Source: a virus. Taken from it: 64,000 nucleotides of DNA. Shown in pieces: positions 31,329 to 41,168 of the stretch (its first letter is position 1; each line of letters starts with the position of its first letter). Location of the stretch: the IMG/VR virus record IMGVR_UViG_3300023174_000062. One strand, written 5' to 3'. The position numbers and the translations under genes are program-made. The notes beneath the pieces were generated by a model. That model did no database searches. It saw only the letters and a program-made list of their open reading frames with translations, and had not been told where the DNA came from.

Positions 31329-32993
31329 ATGGCGATAAAACTTTTTGGATATAAAATTGGTAAGGATGATGCTGAATCAGAACAGTTAAAATCGTTTGTC
31401 ACACCTACCGATGATGATGCGGCAGTATCGATTTCAGGTGGTGGTGTATATGGCACATACATGGACCTCGAAGGTCAGATTAGAAGCGATGCCGATTTAA
31501 TTAAAAAATATCGTGAGATGGCACTTCAACCAGAATGTGATGCGGCAATTGAAGACATTGTGAATGAAGCACTAGTTTTTGAAAACGGTGACTATCCAGT
31601 TCAAATCATTTTAGATAAACTAGAACAGCCCGAATCAATTAAGAAAAAGGTTCGTGATGAATTCTATTATATTATGAAACTGCTTGATTTTAACAATCAA
31701 GGCTACGATATCTTTCGTAGATGGTATGTTGATGGACGCTTATACTATCACATGTTGATTGACGATAAAAATCCTAGAGCAGGATTGAAAGAAGTTCGTT
31801 ACATCGACCCACGTAAGATTCGTAAAGTACGTGAAGACAAAAAACAAAACAATCGTCCAGGTACAGTAGACACAGCACAAAGATTTTATGAATACTTTAT
31901 CTACTCTGATAAAGGTTTTGCTAGAGACGGTTCACAAGGTATCAAGATTGCTTCTGATTCAATCTGTTATGCCAACTCTGGTATCACAGACAAAGATGGT
32001 AAGATTATTGTTTCACATTTACACAAAGCAATCAAACCACTCAATCAATTACGTATGCTTGAAGATGCGACAGTTATCTATCGTATTTCAAGAGCACCAG
32101 AACGTAGAATCTTTTACATTGACGTAGGTAACTTGCCTAAGATGAAGGCAGAACAGTACTTGCGTGAAATCATGCAGAAGTACAAAAACAAATTAGTGTA
32201 TGATGCAACTACTGGTGAGATTCGTGATGATAGACGTTATCAAACAATGCTTGAAGACTTTTGGTTGCCACGTAGAGAAGGTGGTAAAGGTACTGAGATT
32301 ACCACACTACAAGGTGGACAAAACTTAGGCGAGATTGATGACGTACTATATTTTCAAAAGAAAATGTTTAAGTCTTTGAATGTTCCAGTTTCACGTTTAG
32401 AAGCAGACAACGGATTCTCTTTAGGTCGTGCTTCTGAAATCACTAGAGATGAATTGAAGTTTGGTAAGTTTGTTTCACGTTTACGTTTAAGATTTTCTAT
32501 TCTATTTGATAAAATGCTCGAAACACAACTTCTTCTTAAAGGTGTTTGTACCCGTAAAGAGTGGGAACAAATGAAAGAAGAAATCAGTTATGACTATCAA
32601 TCAGATGCACACTTTGCCGAATTAAAGAACGTTGAAATTATGAAAGAACGTTTATCTATTCTTTCAGACATTGATAACTATGTCGGCAAATACTTCTCCG
32701 TTAACTATGTCAGAACAAACATTCTACGTCAGAGTGAAGACGATATTAAGCAGATGGACGAAGAGATGGAAGAAGACAAAGCAAAGATGGAAGAAGACGG
32801 CATTTCAGCAGAAGATTTGCCGCCACCTCCACCTCCAGCACCTCCTCCACAACAACTTGTTGTCAGCGTAAAGAAGGAAGAAGCCGAAACTAGAGTAATT
32901 GATGATGCAGACCAAAAAGAATTGGCTAAGTCTATGACTACACTTTTTGAACAAATGATTGAGAATTCTAAGAGTGACAAAGAATCTGAGTAA
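31329..32993 (+). CDS. gp20: Portal vertex protein gp20
   Basis: IYRISRAPERRIFYIDVGNLPK.KAEQYL; MLEDFWLPRREGGKGTEITTL.GGQNLG. Confidence 0.97.
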   Translation: MAIKLFGYKIGKDDAESEQLKSFVTPTDDDAAVSISGGGVYGTYMDLEGQIRSDADLIKKYREMALQPECDAAIEDIVNEALVFENGDYPVQIILDKLEQPESIKKKVRDEFYYIMKLLDFNNQGYDIFRRWYVDGRLYYHMLIDDKNPRAGLKEVRYIDPRKIRKVREDKKQNNRPGTVDTAQRFYEYFIYSDKGFARDGSQGIKIASDSICYANSGITDKDGKIIVSHLHKAIKPLNQLRMLEDATVIYRISRAPERRIFYIDVGNLPKMKAEQYLREIMQKYKNKLVYDATTGEIRDDRRYQTMLEDFWLPRREGGKGTEITTLQGGQNLGEIDDVLYFQKKMFKSLNVPVSRLEADNGFSLGRASEITRDELKFGKFVSRLRLRFSILFDKMLETQLLLKGVCTRKEWEQMKEEISYDYQSDAHFAELKNVEIMKERLSILSDIDNYVGKYFSVNYVRTNILRQSEDDIKQMDEEMEEDKAKMEEDGISAEDLPPPPPPAPPPQQLVVSVKKEEAETRVIDDADQKELAKSMTTLFEQMIENSKSDKESE

Positions 32994-33010
32994 CCAGAAT
33001 TCTTAAATTT

Positions 33011-33018
33011 TATAAATA
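33011..33018 (+). promoter_or_regulatory. T4-type late promoter TATAAATA
   Basis: Exact consensus in gap after portal. Confidence 0.8.
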
Positions 33019-33037
33019 AAGAAAAAGGAGATATACT

Positions 33038-33265
33038 ATGGAAAATATTCAAACGGCAATTCAACACGCTTATGACGCAAAACCTTCTGAGTTCAAGTCA
33101 TCTATTTTAGATGCGATATCAGATAAAATGCAGAATCATTTAGACGTTAAGCGAATGGAACTTGCTAGTTCAATTTTCAAAGATGATAGCGAAGATCAAG
33201 ATTCAAATAACTTAGAAACAGAGTTTCAATCAAGTACAGAAGGAAACGTAGATGAAGACCTTTAA
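33038..33265 (+). CDS. Prohead core protein (gp67-like position)
   Basis: Small acidic ORF directly after the portal; strong SD AGGAG. Confidence 0.55.
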   Translation: MENIQTAIQHAYDAKPSEFKSSILDAISDKMQNHLDVKRMELASSIFKDDSEDQDSNNLETEFQSSTEGNVDEDL

Positions 33266-33758
33266 ATCTTTCATTCAATTGGATGAAATAGAACGAGTAA
33301 AGTATAAAGATGGCATCGCCAATAAAATGGCGGCCGTATCATATCTTGCACAGACTAAAGATCCAGGTGACTTAGAAAAAGTTGGACCTGAAGAAGTTGG
33401 TCCACATGACACCAAAAAAGGTTCTGGCAAGCGTCCTGCTGATAGACTTGACAATAAGCAACCATTCGGTGAAGCAGAAAGTCATCAGTCTAAGACTACA
33501 ATGAAGCACATCAACAATCCTAACGCCGCTGAAAAAAAAGCCGCTAAAGATATTAAGCCAGGAACGTCTGGATATAGAGATAGAATTGCAATGTTGAAAT
33601 CTGCACAGGCACGTGGTGCTTTGAAAAAAGAAGACGTTAATTTACTTTCTAATCTATACGATCAGTTAGATGAGAACAATCAAGAAATCTTTTTGAATCA
33701 GTTGGAAGAAGATGCTGAAGTACTTTTAGCATTTGCAAAAACTATAGCGGAAGAATAA
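33252..33758 (+). CDS. Putative prohead core/internal protein
   Basis: MKTFKSFIQLDE leader; head-module location. Confidence 0.5.
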   Translation: MKTFKSFIQLDEIERVKYKDGIANKMAAVSYLAQTKDPGDLEKVGPEEVGPHDTKKGSGKRPADRLDNKQPFGEAESHQSKTTMKHINNPNAAEKKAAKDIKPGTSGYRDRIAMLKSAQARGALKKEDVNLLSNLYDQLDENNQEIFLNQLEEDAEVLLAFAKTIAEE

Positions 33759-33759
33759 A

Positions 33760-34230
33760 ATGGCAGATACCGTAACCTCACAAACATTAAAAGACCATGC
33801 ATCAGCATGGGCAGTTAAGTTGACAAATATTTCTGATGGCACTGGTGAAACCAATGTCACTAAAGTTAACGCAAATACTTTGATTGCATCGAATGGTGAC
33901 GGTAGCACACGACTATCAATCACAAAATTATTTTGGAACGTAGCAAGAGGTACTTCATCATTGCAAGACCCTAGAGTTACTTTATTTTGGGCTAACTCAA
34001 TTGCTGGTGGCGCAAACACAACTATTGCAACATTAACTGGATCGGGCGTTTTAGATTTGACAACAGGCCTACAAGCACCATTCACAAACAATGCACCAAA
34101 CACAGCAGGTAATATTTTATTATCTACCACAGGCTTTACTGCATCAGCCGCATACACATTAGTTCTTGAAGGTAAAAAGACTGCCGGATATTCTAGCCGT
34201 GAAACTACCGATGATGGTATAAGTCCATAA
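33760..34230 (+). CDS. Conserved virion-associated hypothetical protein
   Basis: MAD.VTSQTL.D...VKLTNISDGTGE..V.KV pattern; head module. Confidence 0.55.
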   Translation: MADTVTSQTLKDHASAWAVKLTNISDGTGETNVTKVNANTLIASNGDGSTRLSITKLFWNVARGTSSLQDPRVTLFWANSIAGGANTTIATLTGSGVLDLTTGLQAPFTNNAPNTAGNILLSTTGFTASAAYTLVLEGKKTAGYSSRETTDDGISP

Positions 34231-34231
34231 T

Positions 34232-34555
34232 ATGTTGAAGTTTAAAGATTTTGTGTCTATGTCTAACGAACAGTTAGACGAGGCTAAACTTGTGAAAGTA
34301 AACAGAATACGTAATGGCGTGGTCCAACGCAGACACGCAGTATCTGCTACTCCTGGATACAAAATTATTGGAGGAAAACTTGTAAGAATGTCTTCACAAG
34401 AAAAAATGCATCGTAGAATTGCTCAACGTAAAGCCGCAATGAAAAGAAGACCAAAACTTGCAGTCGCTTTACGTAAGAGAGCAAAGTCAATTAAGAAAAG
34501 ATTTTCAACTGGCATCGAACGCAAAGCACCAGTAAATCAACAACAAAACGCATGA
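34232..34555 (+). CDS. Basic prohead core protein (gp68-like position)
   Basis: Very Arg/Lys-rich; directly before the protease; LDEA putative gp21 site. Confidence 0.55.
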   Translation: MLKFKDFVSMSNEQLDEAKLVKVNRIRNGVVQRRHAVSATPGYKIIGGKLVRMSSQEKMHRRIAQRKAAMKRRPKLAVALRKRAKSIKKRFSTGIERKAPVNQQQNA

Positions 34556-34562
34556 GGCGAAA

Positions 34563-35213
34563 ATGAAATTAATCACAGAAATTAACGAACAAGTAAATAT
34601 CATTTCCGAAGCAAACGAAGCGGGCGGAAAAAGTTTTTACATTGAAGGCGTCTTCATGCAAGCCGAACAACAAAACCGAAATGGTAGAATGTATCCATTA
34701 GCAGTTTTGCAAAAAGAAACTGAACGATACGTTATTGAAAGCGTAATGAAGAATCGTGCTTATGGAGAATTAGGGCATCCAGATGGTCCTTCTATTAACT
34801 TAGAACGTGTATCACACATTACTAAGAGTTTGCGTCAAGATGGAAACAACTTCATCGGTAAAGCAAAGATTATGGAAACTCCATATGGTAATATTGTAAA
34901 GAATTTGATGACTGAAGGCGCAACTCTTGGAGTATCTACAAGAGGTATGGGAAGCCTTACAGAAGGTAAAAACGGAGTTAAAATAGTCGGCAACGACTTT
35001 TATCTTGCGACTTGTGCGGACATTGTAGCAGACCCTTCAGCACCAGATGCATATGTACGTGGTATTATGGAAAACAAAGAGTGGGTTTGGGATAACGGCG
35101 TCATTAGAGAAATAGACGTTCAGAAACAAAGAACTTTTATTGAGAAATCGTCTAAAAAAGATTTAGAAGAAAACATGATAAAAGTCTTCAAAGATTTCAT
35201 CTCCAAACTATAA
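34563..35213 (+). CDS. gp21: Prohead core protease gp21
   Basis: MKLITE; NRNGR.YP; A.GELGHPDGP.INL.RVSH; GVSTRGMGSL; DIVADPSAPDA. Confidence 0.97.
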   Translation: MKLITEINEQVNIISEANEAGGKSFYIEGVFMQAEQQNRNGRMYPLAVLQKETERYVIESVMKNRAYGELGHPDGPSINLERVSHITKSLRQDGNNFIGKAKIMETPYGNIVKNLMTEGATLGVSTRGMGSLTEGKNGVKIVGNDFYLATCADIVADPSAPDAYVRGIMENKEWVWDNGVIREIDVQKQRTFIEKSSKKDLEENMIKVFKDFISKL

Positions 35214-35218
35214 TTTTG

Positions 35219-35226
35219 TATAAATA
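35219..35226 (+). promoter_or_regulatory. T4-type late promoter TATAAATA
   Basis: Exact consensus before gp22. Confidence 0.8.
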
Positions 35227-35269
35227 CATGTACTAATAAATTTTAAATATCATACAAAGGAGACCTATT

Positions 35270-36145
35270 ATGACTGACACAATTAAGAAGGATGATGAGT
35301 TGCTCGAAGGAGAACTTCCACCTGCATTAAAAGCAGCCATCGAAAAGAAAAAATCTAAAGAAGTGGAAATGGACGATGAAGAAGGCGATGACAAAGAAGA
35401 AATGAAAGAGAAGAAAAAAGTCAAAGTTAAAGAAGACATTGATGCAATTTTCTCTGGAGAATCCCTTTCTGAAGAATTCAAAACAAACGCAAAAGCAATC
35501 TTTGAAGCGGCTATTACAGCCAAAGTCGAAGAAGCAAAAACATCTTTAGAAGAAGAATATGCAACAAAACTCGAAACAGAAGTTGCTTCTATCAATGAGA
35601 ATTTAGTCACTAAAGTTGATGAGTACTTAGAGTACGTTGTTAGCGAGTGGATGGAAGAGAACAAACTTGCCGTTGAAAAAGGTATTAAAGCCGAATTGGC
35701 TGAAGACTTTATGATCGGTCTTAAGAATTTGTTCACAGAACATTATGTTGACATTCCAGAAGACAAAGTTAATGTTGTTGAACAATTTGCAGAACAAGTT
35801 GAAGTGCTTGAGTCTGAATTAGACAAAGCAGTTACAGAAAATGCAAATTTAAACGCACAGATTAGTGTTTACAAAAAAGAACAAGTTGTTAGTGAAGTTT
35901 CAGAAGGTCTTAGCGAAGTTCAATCTGCAAAATTAAAATCTCTTGCAGAAGGTATTGAATTTGTTTCTGAACAAGACTACAAAGAAAAACTTCTTTTAAC
36001 TAAGAAGAAATATTTTGATGAATCGACAAAAGATACTGTCAAAAAAGCGGCTCCAATGGACGATGATGTTTCTACTATCGAAGAATCATTTACTCCAGTA
36101 ATGAACCATTATGTACAAAATATTTCTAGAACACTCAAGAAATAA
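35270..36145 (+). CDS. gp22: Prohead scaffold protein gp22
   Basis: LSEEFK..A..IFEAA; VD.YL.YV..EWM.EN.LA...GI..E..EDF..GLK.LF.EHY. Confidence 0.95.
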   Translation: MTDTIKKDDELLEGELPPALKAAIEKKKSKEVEMDDEEGDDKEEMKEKKKVKVKEDIDAIFSGESLSEEFKTNAKAIFEAAITAKVEEAKTSLEEEYATKLETEVASINENLVTKVDEYLEYVVSEWMEENKLAVEKGIKAELAEDFMIGLKNLFTEHYVDIPEDKVNVVEQFAEQVEVLESELDKAVTENANLNAQISVYKKEQVVSEVSEGLSEVQSAKLKSLAEGIEFVSEQDYKEKLLLTKKKYFDESTKDTVKKAAPMDDDVSTIEESFTPVMNHYVQNISRTLKK

Positions 36146-36150
36146 GTTTT

Positions 36151-36158
36151 TATAAATA
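36151..36158 (+). promoter_or_regulatory. T4-type late promoter TATAAATA
   Basis: Exact consensus before gp23. Confidence 0.85.
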
Positions 36159-36186
36159 AATTAAACAATACTCAAAGGAGAAAAAC

Positions 36187-37530
36187 ATGAGCGTAGAAAA
36201 TCTTTTAAAAAAATGGGCACCAGTTCTTGACCATGGCGATCTAGCCGCAATCAAGGATTCCCACAAGCGTTCCGTAACGGCGCAACTTCTTGAGAACCAA
36301 GAACGTGCTTGCCGTGAAGACGCACAGGGTTCTGGTGGTTACCGCAACCAAACATCGTTGCTTTCTGAAGCCGCACCAACTAACGCAATGGGCGCATCTT
36401 CATCTACAGCGGCCGATGGCGCAATCGACATTTATGATCCAGTCTTAATCAGTTTGGTTCGCCGTTCTGCACCTAACTTAATCGCATACGACATTTGCGG
36501 TGTTCAGCCAATGACAGGTCCAACAGGCTTGATCTTTGCAATGCGTTCACGCTATGCGACACAAGGCGGTACAGAAGCATTGTTCAACGAAGCAAACACA
36601 GCATTCTCTTCTGCTGGTAGCGGTTATACAACACAATCACAAACAGGTTCTTCACCTGCTGACTTATCTGCTGGTACAGAGTACACACGTGGAACTGGTA
36701 TGACTACAGCACTCGCTGAAGCATTAGGTGACGCCGCAGGTAATGCATTCCAAGAGATGGCATTCTCCATCGAAAAGATTGCTGTTACTGCTAAGAGCCG
36801 TGCTTTGAAAGCAGAATACACAATGGAACTTGCACAAGACTTGAAAGCAGTCCATGGTTTGGATGCTGAACAAGAATTGGCTAACATTCTTTCTACAGAA
36901 ATCTTAGCAGAAATTAACCGTGAAGTTGTTCGTACAATTAACTTGACTGCTACAGTTGGCGCACAAGAAAACGTTACAACTGCTGGTACATTCAACCTTG
37001 ACGTTGATGCTAACGGTCGTTGGTCTGTTGAGAAATTCAAAGGCTTGATGTTCCAATTGGAGCGTGAGTCTAATGCGATTGCTAAAGCAACTCGCCGTGG
37101 TAAAGGTAACGTGCTTATCTGTTCTTCAGACGTAGCATCTGCATTGCAAATGGCTGGTGTTCTTGATTACACTCCAGCACTTGCAAACAACTTGCAAGTT
37201 GATGACACAGGTAACACATTCGCTGGTGTATTGAATGGTCGTATCAAGGTTTACATCGATCCATATTTCGCCGCAACATCTGGTACACACTACGCAACAA
37301 TCGGTTACAAAGGCACTTCTGCTTTTGACGCTGGTTTGTTCTACTGCCCATACGTTCCATTGCAAATGGTTCGTGCAGTTGGTCAAGACACATTCCAACC
37401 AAAGATCGGCTTCAAGACACGTTACGGTATGGTCGCAAACCCATTCGCAACATCTGCCGCTGATGGTACATTGTCTTTCGCTAACAAGAACATCTACTAT
37501 CGTAGAATCGCAATTACTAACTTGATGTAA
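36187..37530 (+). CDS. gp23: Major capsid protein gp23
   Basis: GVQPMTGPTGLIFAMR; SRALKAEYT.ELAQDLKA.HGLDAE.EL; FQPKIGFKTRYG; probable gp21 cleavage LLSE/AAP. Confidence 0.98.
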   Translation: MSVENLLKKWAPVLDHGDLAAIKDSHKRSVTAQLLENQERACREDAQGSGGYRNQTSLLSEAAPTNAMGASSSTAADGAIDIYDPVLISLVRRSAPNLIAYDICGVQPMTGPTGLIFAMRSRYATQGGTEALFNEANTAFSSAGSGYTTQSQTGSSPADLSAGTEYTRGTGMTTALAEALGDAAGNAFQEMAFSIEKIAVTAKSRALKAEYTMELAQDLKAVHGLDAEQELANILSTEILAEINREVVRTINLTATVGAQENVTTAGTFNLDVDANGRWSVEKFKGLMFQLERESNAIAKATRRGKGNVLICSSDVASALQMAGVLDYTPALANNLQVDDTGNTFAGVLNGRIKVYIDPYFAATSGTHYATIGYKGTSAFDAGLFYCPYVPLQMVRAVGQDTFQPKIGFKTRYGMVANPFATSAADGTLSFANKNIYYRRIAITNLM

Positions 37531-37562
37531 TTGATTAAGCCGAGATAAACATCGGTGTTAAG

Positions 37563-37589
37563 AAGAGGACCTTAGGGTCCTCTTTTTTT
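37563..37589 (+). terminator. Rho-independent terminator after gp23
   Basis: AAGAGGACC-ttag-GGTCCTCTT then T-tract. Confidence 0.9.
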
Positions 37590-37594
37590 GTCTG

Positions 37595-37602
37595 TATAAA
37601 TA
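37595..37602 (+). promoter_or_regulatory. T4-type late promoter TATAAATA
   Basis: Exact consensus before gp3. Confidence 0.8.
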
Positions 37603-37621
37603 TAAGACAATAGGAGATAAC

Positions 37622-38137
37622 ATGGCGACACTATCAACAGTACCAACAAATAAAAGTTTTCTTTCCAATAACAAATTCGAGTTTGTTCTTGGTCGAATTC
37701 CTAACTTCACTTTTTTTGTGCAAGGCGTAAACTTACCTGGAATGTCTCTTCAGTCTAGTTCAATCAATACTCCATTCTCTGCTGTTAGTCTTCCTGGAAA
37801 TCAAATTACATTTGGAACACTTTCATTGTCATTCATTGTAGATGAAGACATGCAATCGTGGTATGAGTTATACAATTGGATTATTCAATTAGGTAATCCA
37901 AAAGGATACAATAAAATTGGAAACTTAACAGGACAACCAGGCTCTGTTACAAGCATAACATCTGATGCAACATTAATTTTAAAATCGAATGCAAACAATC
38001 CAAACTTTCAATTTAATTTCTTTGATGTGTATCCTACCGATTTAGGTGAAATGTCTTTCACCACTACAGACAATCAAGAGTTTGTTACTTCCACAGCAAC
38101 GTTTAACTATGGTTTCTATGAAGCAGTAAGAATTTGA
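37622..38137 (+). CDS. gp3: Tail tube terminator/completion protein gp3
   Basis: N.SFLS..KF.F...RIPN..FF.Q..NLPG; L.L.FIVDEDM..W.E.YNW. Confidence 0.88.
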   Translation: MATLSTVPTNKSFLSNNKFEFVLGRIPNFTFFVQGVNLPGMSLQSSSINTPFSAVSLPGNQITFGTLSLSFIVDEDMQSWYELYNWIIQLGNPKGYNKIGNLTGQPGSVTSITSDATLILKSNANNPNFQFNFFDVYPTDLGEMSFTTTDNQEFVTSTATFNYGFYEAVRI

Positions 38138-38162
38138 CATTTGCCTAGGAATGTGTTATTAT
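38134..38162 (+). promoter_or_regulatory. sigma70-type promoter TTGACA-N17-TATTAT
   Basis: Near-consensus with TGTG extended -10, upstream of uvsY. Confidence 0.65.
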
Positions 38163-38192
38163 GTTTAGATTGACTTGATATGAGGATTGAAT

Positions 38193-38630
38193 ATGACGTT
38201 AGACCAGATGATGGAAGAGTGGAGACTAGACGCTACAGTTGACTCCACAGAATTAGGTATCGCATCTTTAAAGATACCAGAACTGCACAGCAAATATCTC
38301 AAAATTTATTTTGACGAAAGACGCAAACTCAAAGCACTTGAGTTTCAAAGCAAAGATTTATCTTTGAAGAAGTATGAGTATTACAATGGAAAACTTTCAC
38401 AAGAAGAACTTGACGAACTCAATTGGGAGCCATTCGTTAAGCGTCTGATGAAAAATGAAGTTGATATGTATCTTGACTCCGACAAAGATATTATACACAA
38501 CAATGTTCGCATAATCAATCAAAAAGAAAAGTTAGCGTTTTTGGAAGAGGTTATTAAAAATATCAACCAACGCAATTTTCAGATTAAGAACGCTATAGAA
38601 TGGAAGAAGTTTACGCAAGGTGTACAATAA
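38193..38630 (+). CDS. uvsY: Recombination mediator UvsY
   Basis: W..D..VD..EL...SLKIP.LHSKY; YY.GK; I.QR.FQIKNAIEW.KF; ATG at 38193 with GAGGA SD. Confidence 0.9.
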   Translation: MTLDQMMEEWRLDATVDSTELGIASLKIPELHSKYLKIYFDERRKLKALEFQSKDLSLKKYEYYNGKLSQEELDELNWEPFVKRLMKNEVDMYLDSDKDIIHNNVRIINQKEKLAFLEEVIKNINQRNFQIKNAIEWKKFTQGVQ

Positions 38631-40080
38631 ACTCTATATCTCAAAAGTAGATGAAGTCTACGCACACATCAAGTGTGAGAACTCCGATGCAATGGAGTTG
38701 AATGAATACTTCACGTTCTACGTTCCCGGTTACAAATTCATGCCTGCATTTAGAAACAAAGTGTGGGATGGAAAAATACGTCTATTCAATTCTCAGAACA
38801 GACAAATCTATTATGGCTTGATTCCATACTTAGAGAAGTTTGCTAAAGAACGTGACTACGTAATTGAATTTGATGAATCAGTAGAAACGTATGATGAATT
38901 TTCTGTAGCAGAAGCAAAAGATTTTATCGATACTCTAGGTGTACCATTTGAAGTTAGAGACTATCAAATAGATGCATTCATTCATGCAGTACGTAGCAGA
39001 AGAAACTTGCTAGTATCACCCACGGCATCTGGTAAGTCTCTTATCATATATCTCATTGCGAGATATTTAAATTGCAAGACTCTTATCATTGTTCCCACTA
39101 TCTCACTTGTCGCACAGTTGTATAAAGACTTTGAAGACTATGGATTCGAGAGTGATAAATATATACACCAGATTATGTCAGGTGCAAGCAAAGAAACTGA
39201 TTGCCCCATTGTCATATCTACATGGCAGTCAATTTACAAGATGCCAAAAGAATGGTTCGAAGAATTTGAATTAGTTGTTGGAGATGAAGCGCATTTGTTT
39301 AAAGCAAAGTCGCTGATATCTATCTTAACAAAACTAACAGAATGCAAGTATAGATTTGGTCTGACAGGTACGCTAGATGGCACACAGACACACAGATTAG
39401 TCTTAGAAGGTTTGTTCGGTAAAGTCAAACAGATTACAACAACAAAAGAATTGATTGACTCTGGACGATTAGCGAAGTTTAGAATTAAAGCATTGGTGCT
39501 TAAGCACAACGAAGAATCTTGTAAGTTGGGTAAGAATTTTAAATATCAAGATGAGATAAATTATATTATAGGTAAGCCGTCACGTAATAGATTCATTAGA
39601 AATTTAACTATGAGTTTAGAAGGTAACACTCTTCTACTGTATCAGTTCGTTGACAAGCACGGCAGAATATTGTATAATATGCTTAAGGACGCAGTAGAAG
39701 AAAATAGACCTGTATTCTTCATTCATGGTGCAGTTGGTGTAGATGAAAGAGAAGAAGTTCGTAGAATTACTGAAGAAGAAGAAAATGCAATTATCGTAGC
39801 ATCATACGGAACATTCTCTACTGGCATTAACATTCGTAATCTGCACAATGTTATTTTTGCTTCACCAAGCAAGAGTAAGATTAGAACACTACAGTCTATT
39901 GGTCGAGGATTGCGTTTGGGTGATAACAAGAAAGAAGCCATTCTATATGACATATCGGATGACATGACATATAAGAGTAGGAAGAATTTTACATTGGAAC
40001 ATTTTATCGAACGAATGAAAATTTATAATGATGAGAAGTTTGAATATAAAATTTACACGTTAAATTTAAAGGAAGAATAA
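38620..40080 (+). CDS. uvsW: SF2 DNA helicase UvsW
   Basis: SPTASGKS, GDEAH, GLTGT, QSIGRGLR motifs. Confidence 0.95.
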   Translation: MYNKLYISKVDEVYAHIKCENSDAMELNEYFTFYVPGYKFMPAFRNKVWDGKIRLFNSQNRQIYYGLIPYLEKFAKERDYVIEFDESVETYDEFSVAEAKDFIDTLGVPFEVRDYQIDAFIHAVRSRRNLLVSPTASGKSLIIYLIARYLNCKTLIIVPTISLVAQLYKDFEDYGFESDKYIHQIMSGASKETDCPIVISTWQSIYKMPKEWFEEFELVVGDEAHLFKAKSLISILTKLTECKYRFGLTGTLDGTQTHRLVLEGLFGKVKQITTTKELIDSGRLAKFRIKALVLKHNEESCKLGKNFKYQDEINYIIGKPSRNRFIRNLTMSLEGNTLLLYQFVDKHGRILYNMLKDAVEENRPVFFIHGAVGVDEREEVRRITEEEENAIIVASYGTFSTGINIRNLHNVIFASPSKSKIRTLQSIGRGLRLGDNKKEAILYDISDDMTYKSRKNFTLEHFIERMKIYNDEKFEYKIYTLNLKEE

Positions 40081-40475
40081 TGATTTGCAAGATACTCAAA
40101 TTGTCTAACGGCGATACATTGGTTGGAAATGTCGTTGAAGAAACTAAAGGCTTTATTGAAGTTCATCGACCAATGAGAGTTGTTGTTCTACCTAAAGGCG
40201 AACACATGTATAGTTTATCTCTTACGAAGTGGGATCCACTTATGAATTTTAGCATCCCTGCTAGAATCTTTAAACAGACTATTGTTTCCGTATCAGAGGC
40301 TACTACAGATGTTATTAGAATTTATGGGCAAGCGTATACAGAATTTGATGATGAGTCTGAAATTGAAGATGACAATGAAGTCGAATCAGAAAATAGAATT
40401 AATGATATCAAAGAAGAGATTGAGAAGATGAGAGAGGCATTGTCTTCATCATCTAACAATCATATATTACATTAA
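40080..40475 (+). CDS. Conserved hypothetical protein (Sm-like beta fold) between uvsW and gp55
   Basis: KILKL.NG..LVG N-terminus; similar to 63174..63476. Confidence 0.6.
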   Translation: MICKILKLSNGDTLVGNVVEETKGFIEVHRPMRVVVLPKGEHMYSLSLTKWDPLMNFSIPARIFKQTIVSVSEATTDVIRIYGQAYTEFDDESEIEDDNEVESENRINDIKEEIEKMREALSSSSNNHILH

Positions 40476-40499
40476 GTCTTTATCAAACAGGACACAGCA

Positions 40500-40528
40500 A
40501 TGATACCTTATTGTCAAGTGTTTGTCAA
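40500..40528 (-). promoter_or_regulatory. Antisense sigma70-type promoter TTGACA-N17-TATCAT
   Basis: Minus strand reads TTGACA aacac TTGACA ataagg TATCAT. Confidence 0.55.
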
Positions 40529-40544
40529 CTAACTGAGGTGAAAC

Positions 40545-41168
40545 ATGAGCATTACTACCACTATCGTGAAAACAAAAGAAAAGCATTACGTAAACAACGA
40601 ACATTTCCTAGAAGAGATGATTGTATTCCGTGCGGCTGTTAAAGAAGCAGAAGCAACAAACGGCGAACGCCCAAGAGTACCCGAGTACATTGGTGAATGC
40701 TTGTTTAAAATTGCAACGCACTTGGCACGTAAACCAAACTTTGCAAACTATACATTCAAAGAAGATATGGTATCTGATGGTATTGAAAATTGTCTACTGT
40801 ACATTGATAACTTTGATCCAGAGAAGTCTAAAAATCCATTTGCATACTTCACTCAAATCATTTACTATGCATTCTTGCGAAGAATTCAAAAAGAGAAAAA
40901 ACATTTATACATAAAATATAAGAGCATGGACAATCTTATTATTTCTGCGCTTGTTGAAAACAATGGCGAAGAGTATGTGACTGCTGGACTTAATGGTGTG
41001 CTACATGATGCATACAGCGAAGAATTCATTAGCGATTTCATTAATGCATTTGAAGCAAACAAAGAAAAGAAAGTTGCCGCAGCCAAGCCTAGGAAGAAAA
41101 AGAAAAAAACTGTATTTGATGAATTTTTGGAGAACGATGATGCAGACACCAATACCAGCCCAACTTGA
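40545..41168 (+). CDS. gp55: Late-transcription sigma factor gp55
   Basis: HYVNN..FL; YIGEC..KIA.HL..KPNF.NY...EDM.SDGIENC..Y..NFDPEKSKNPFAYFTQI.YYAFLRRI.KEKK. Confidence 0.96.
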   Translation: MSITTTIVKTKEKHYVNNEHFLEEMIVFRAAVKEAEATNGERPRVPEYIGECLFKIATHLARKPNFANYTFKEDMVSDGIENCLLYIDNFDPEKSKNPFAYFTQIIYYAFLRRIQKEKKHLYIKYKSMDNLIISALVENNGEEYVTAGLNGVLHDAYSEEFISDFINAFEANKEKKVAAAKPRKKKKKTVFDEFLENDDADTNTSPT

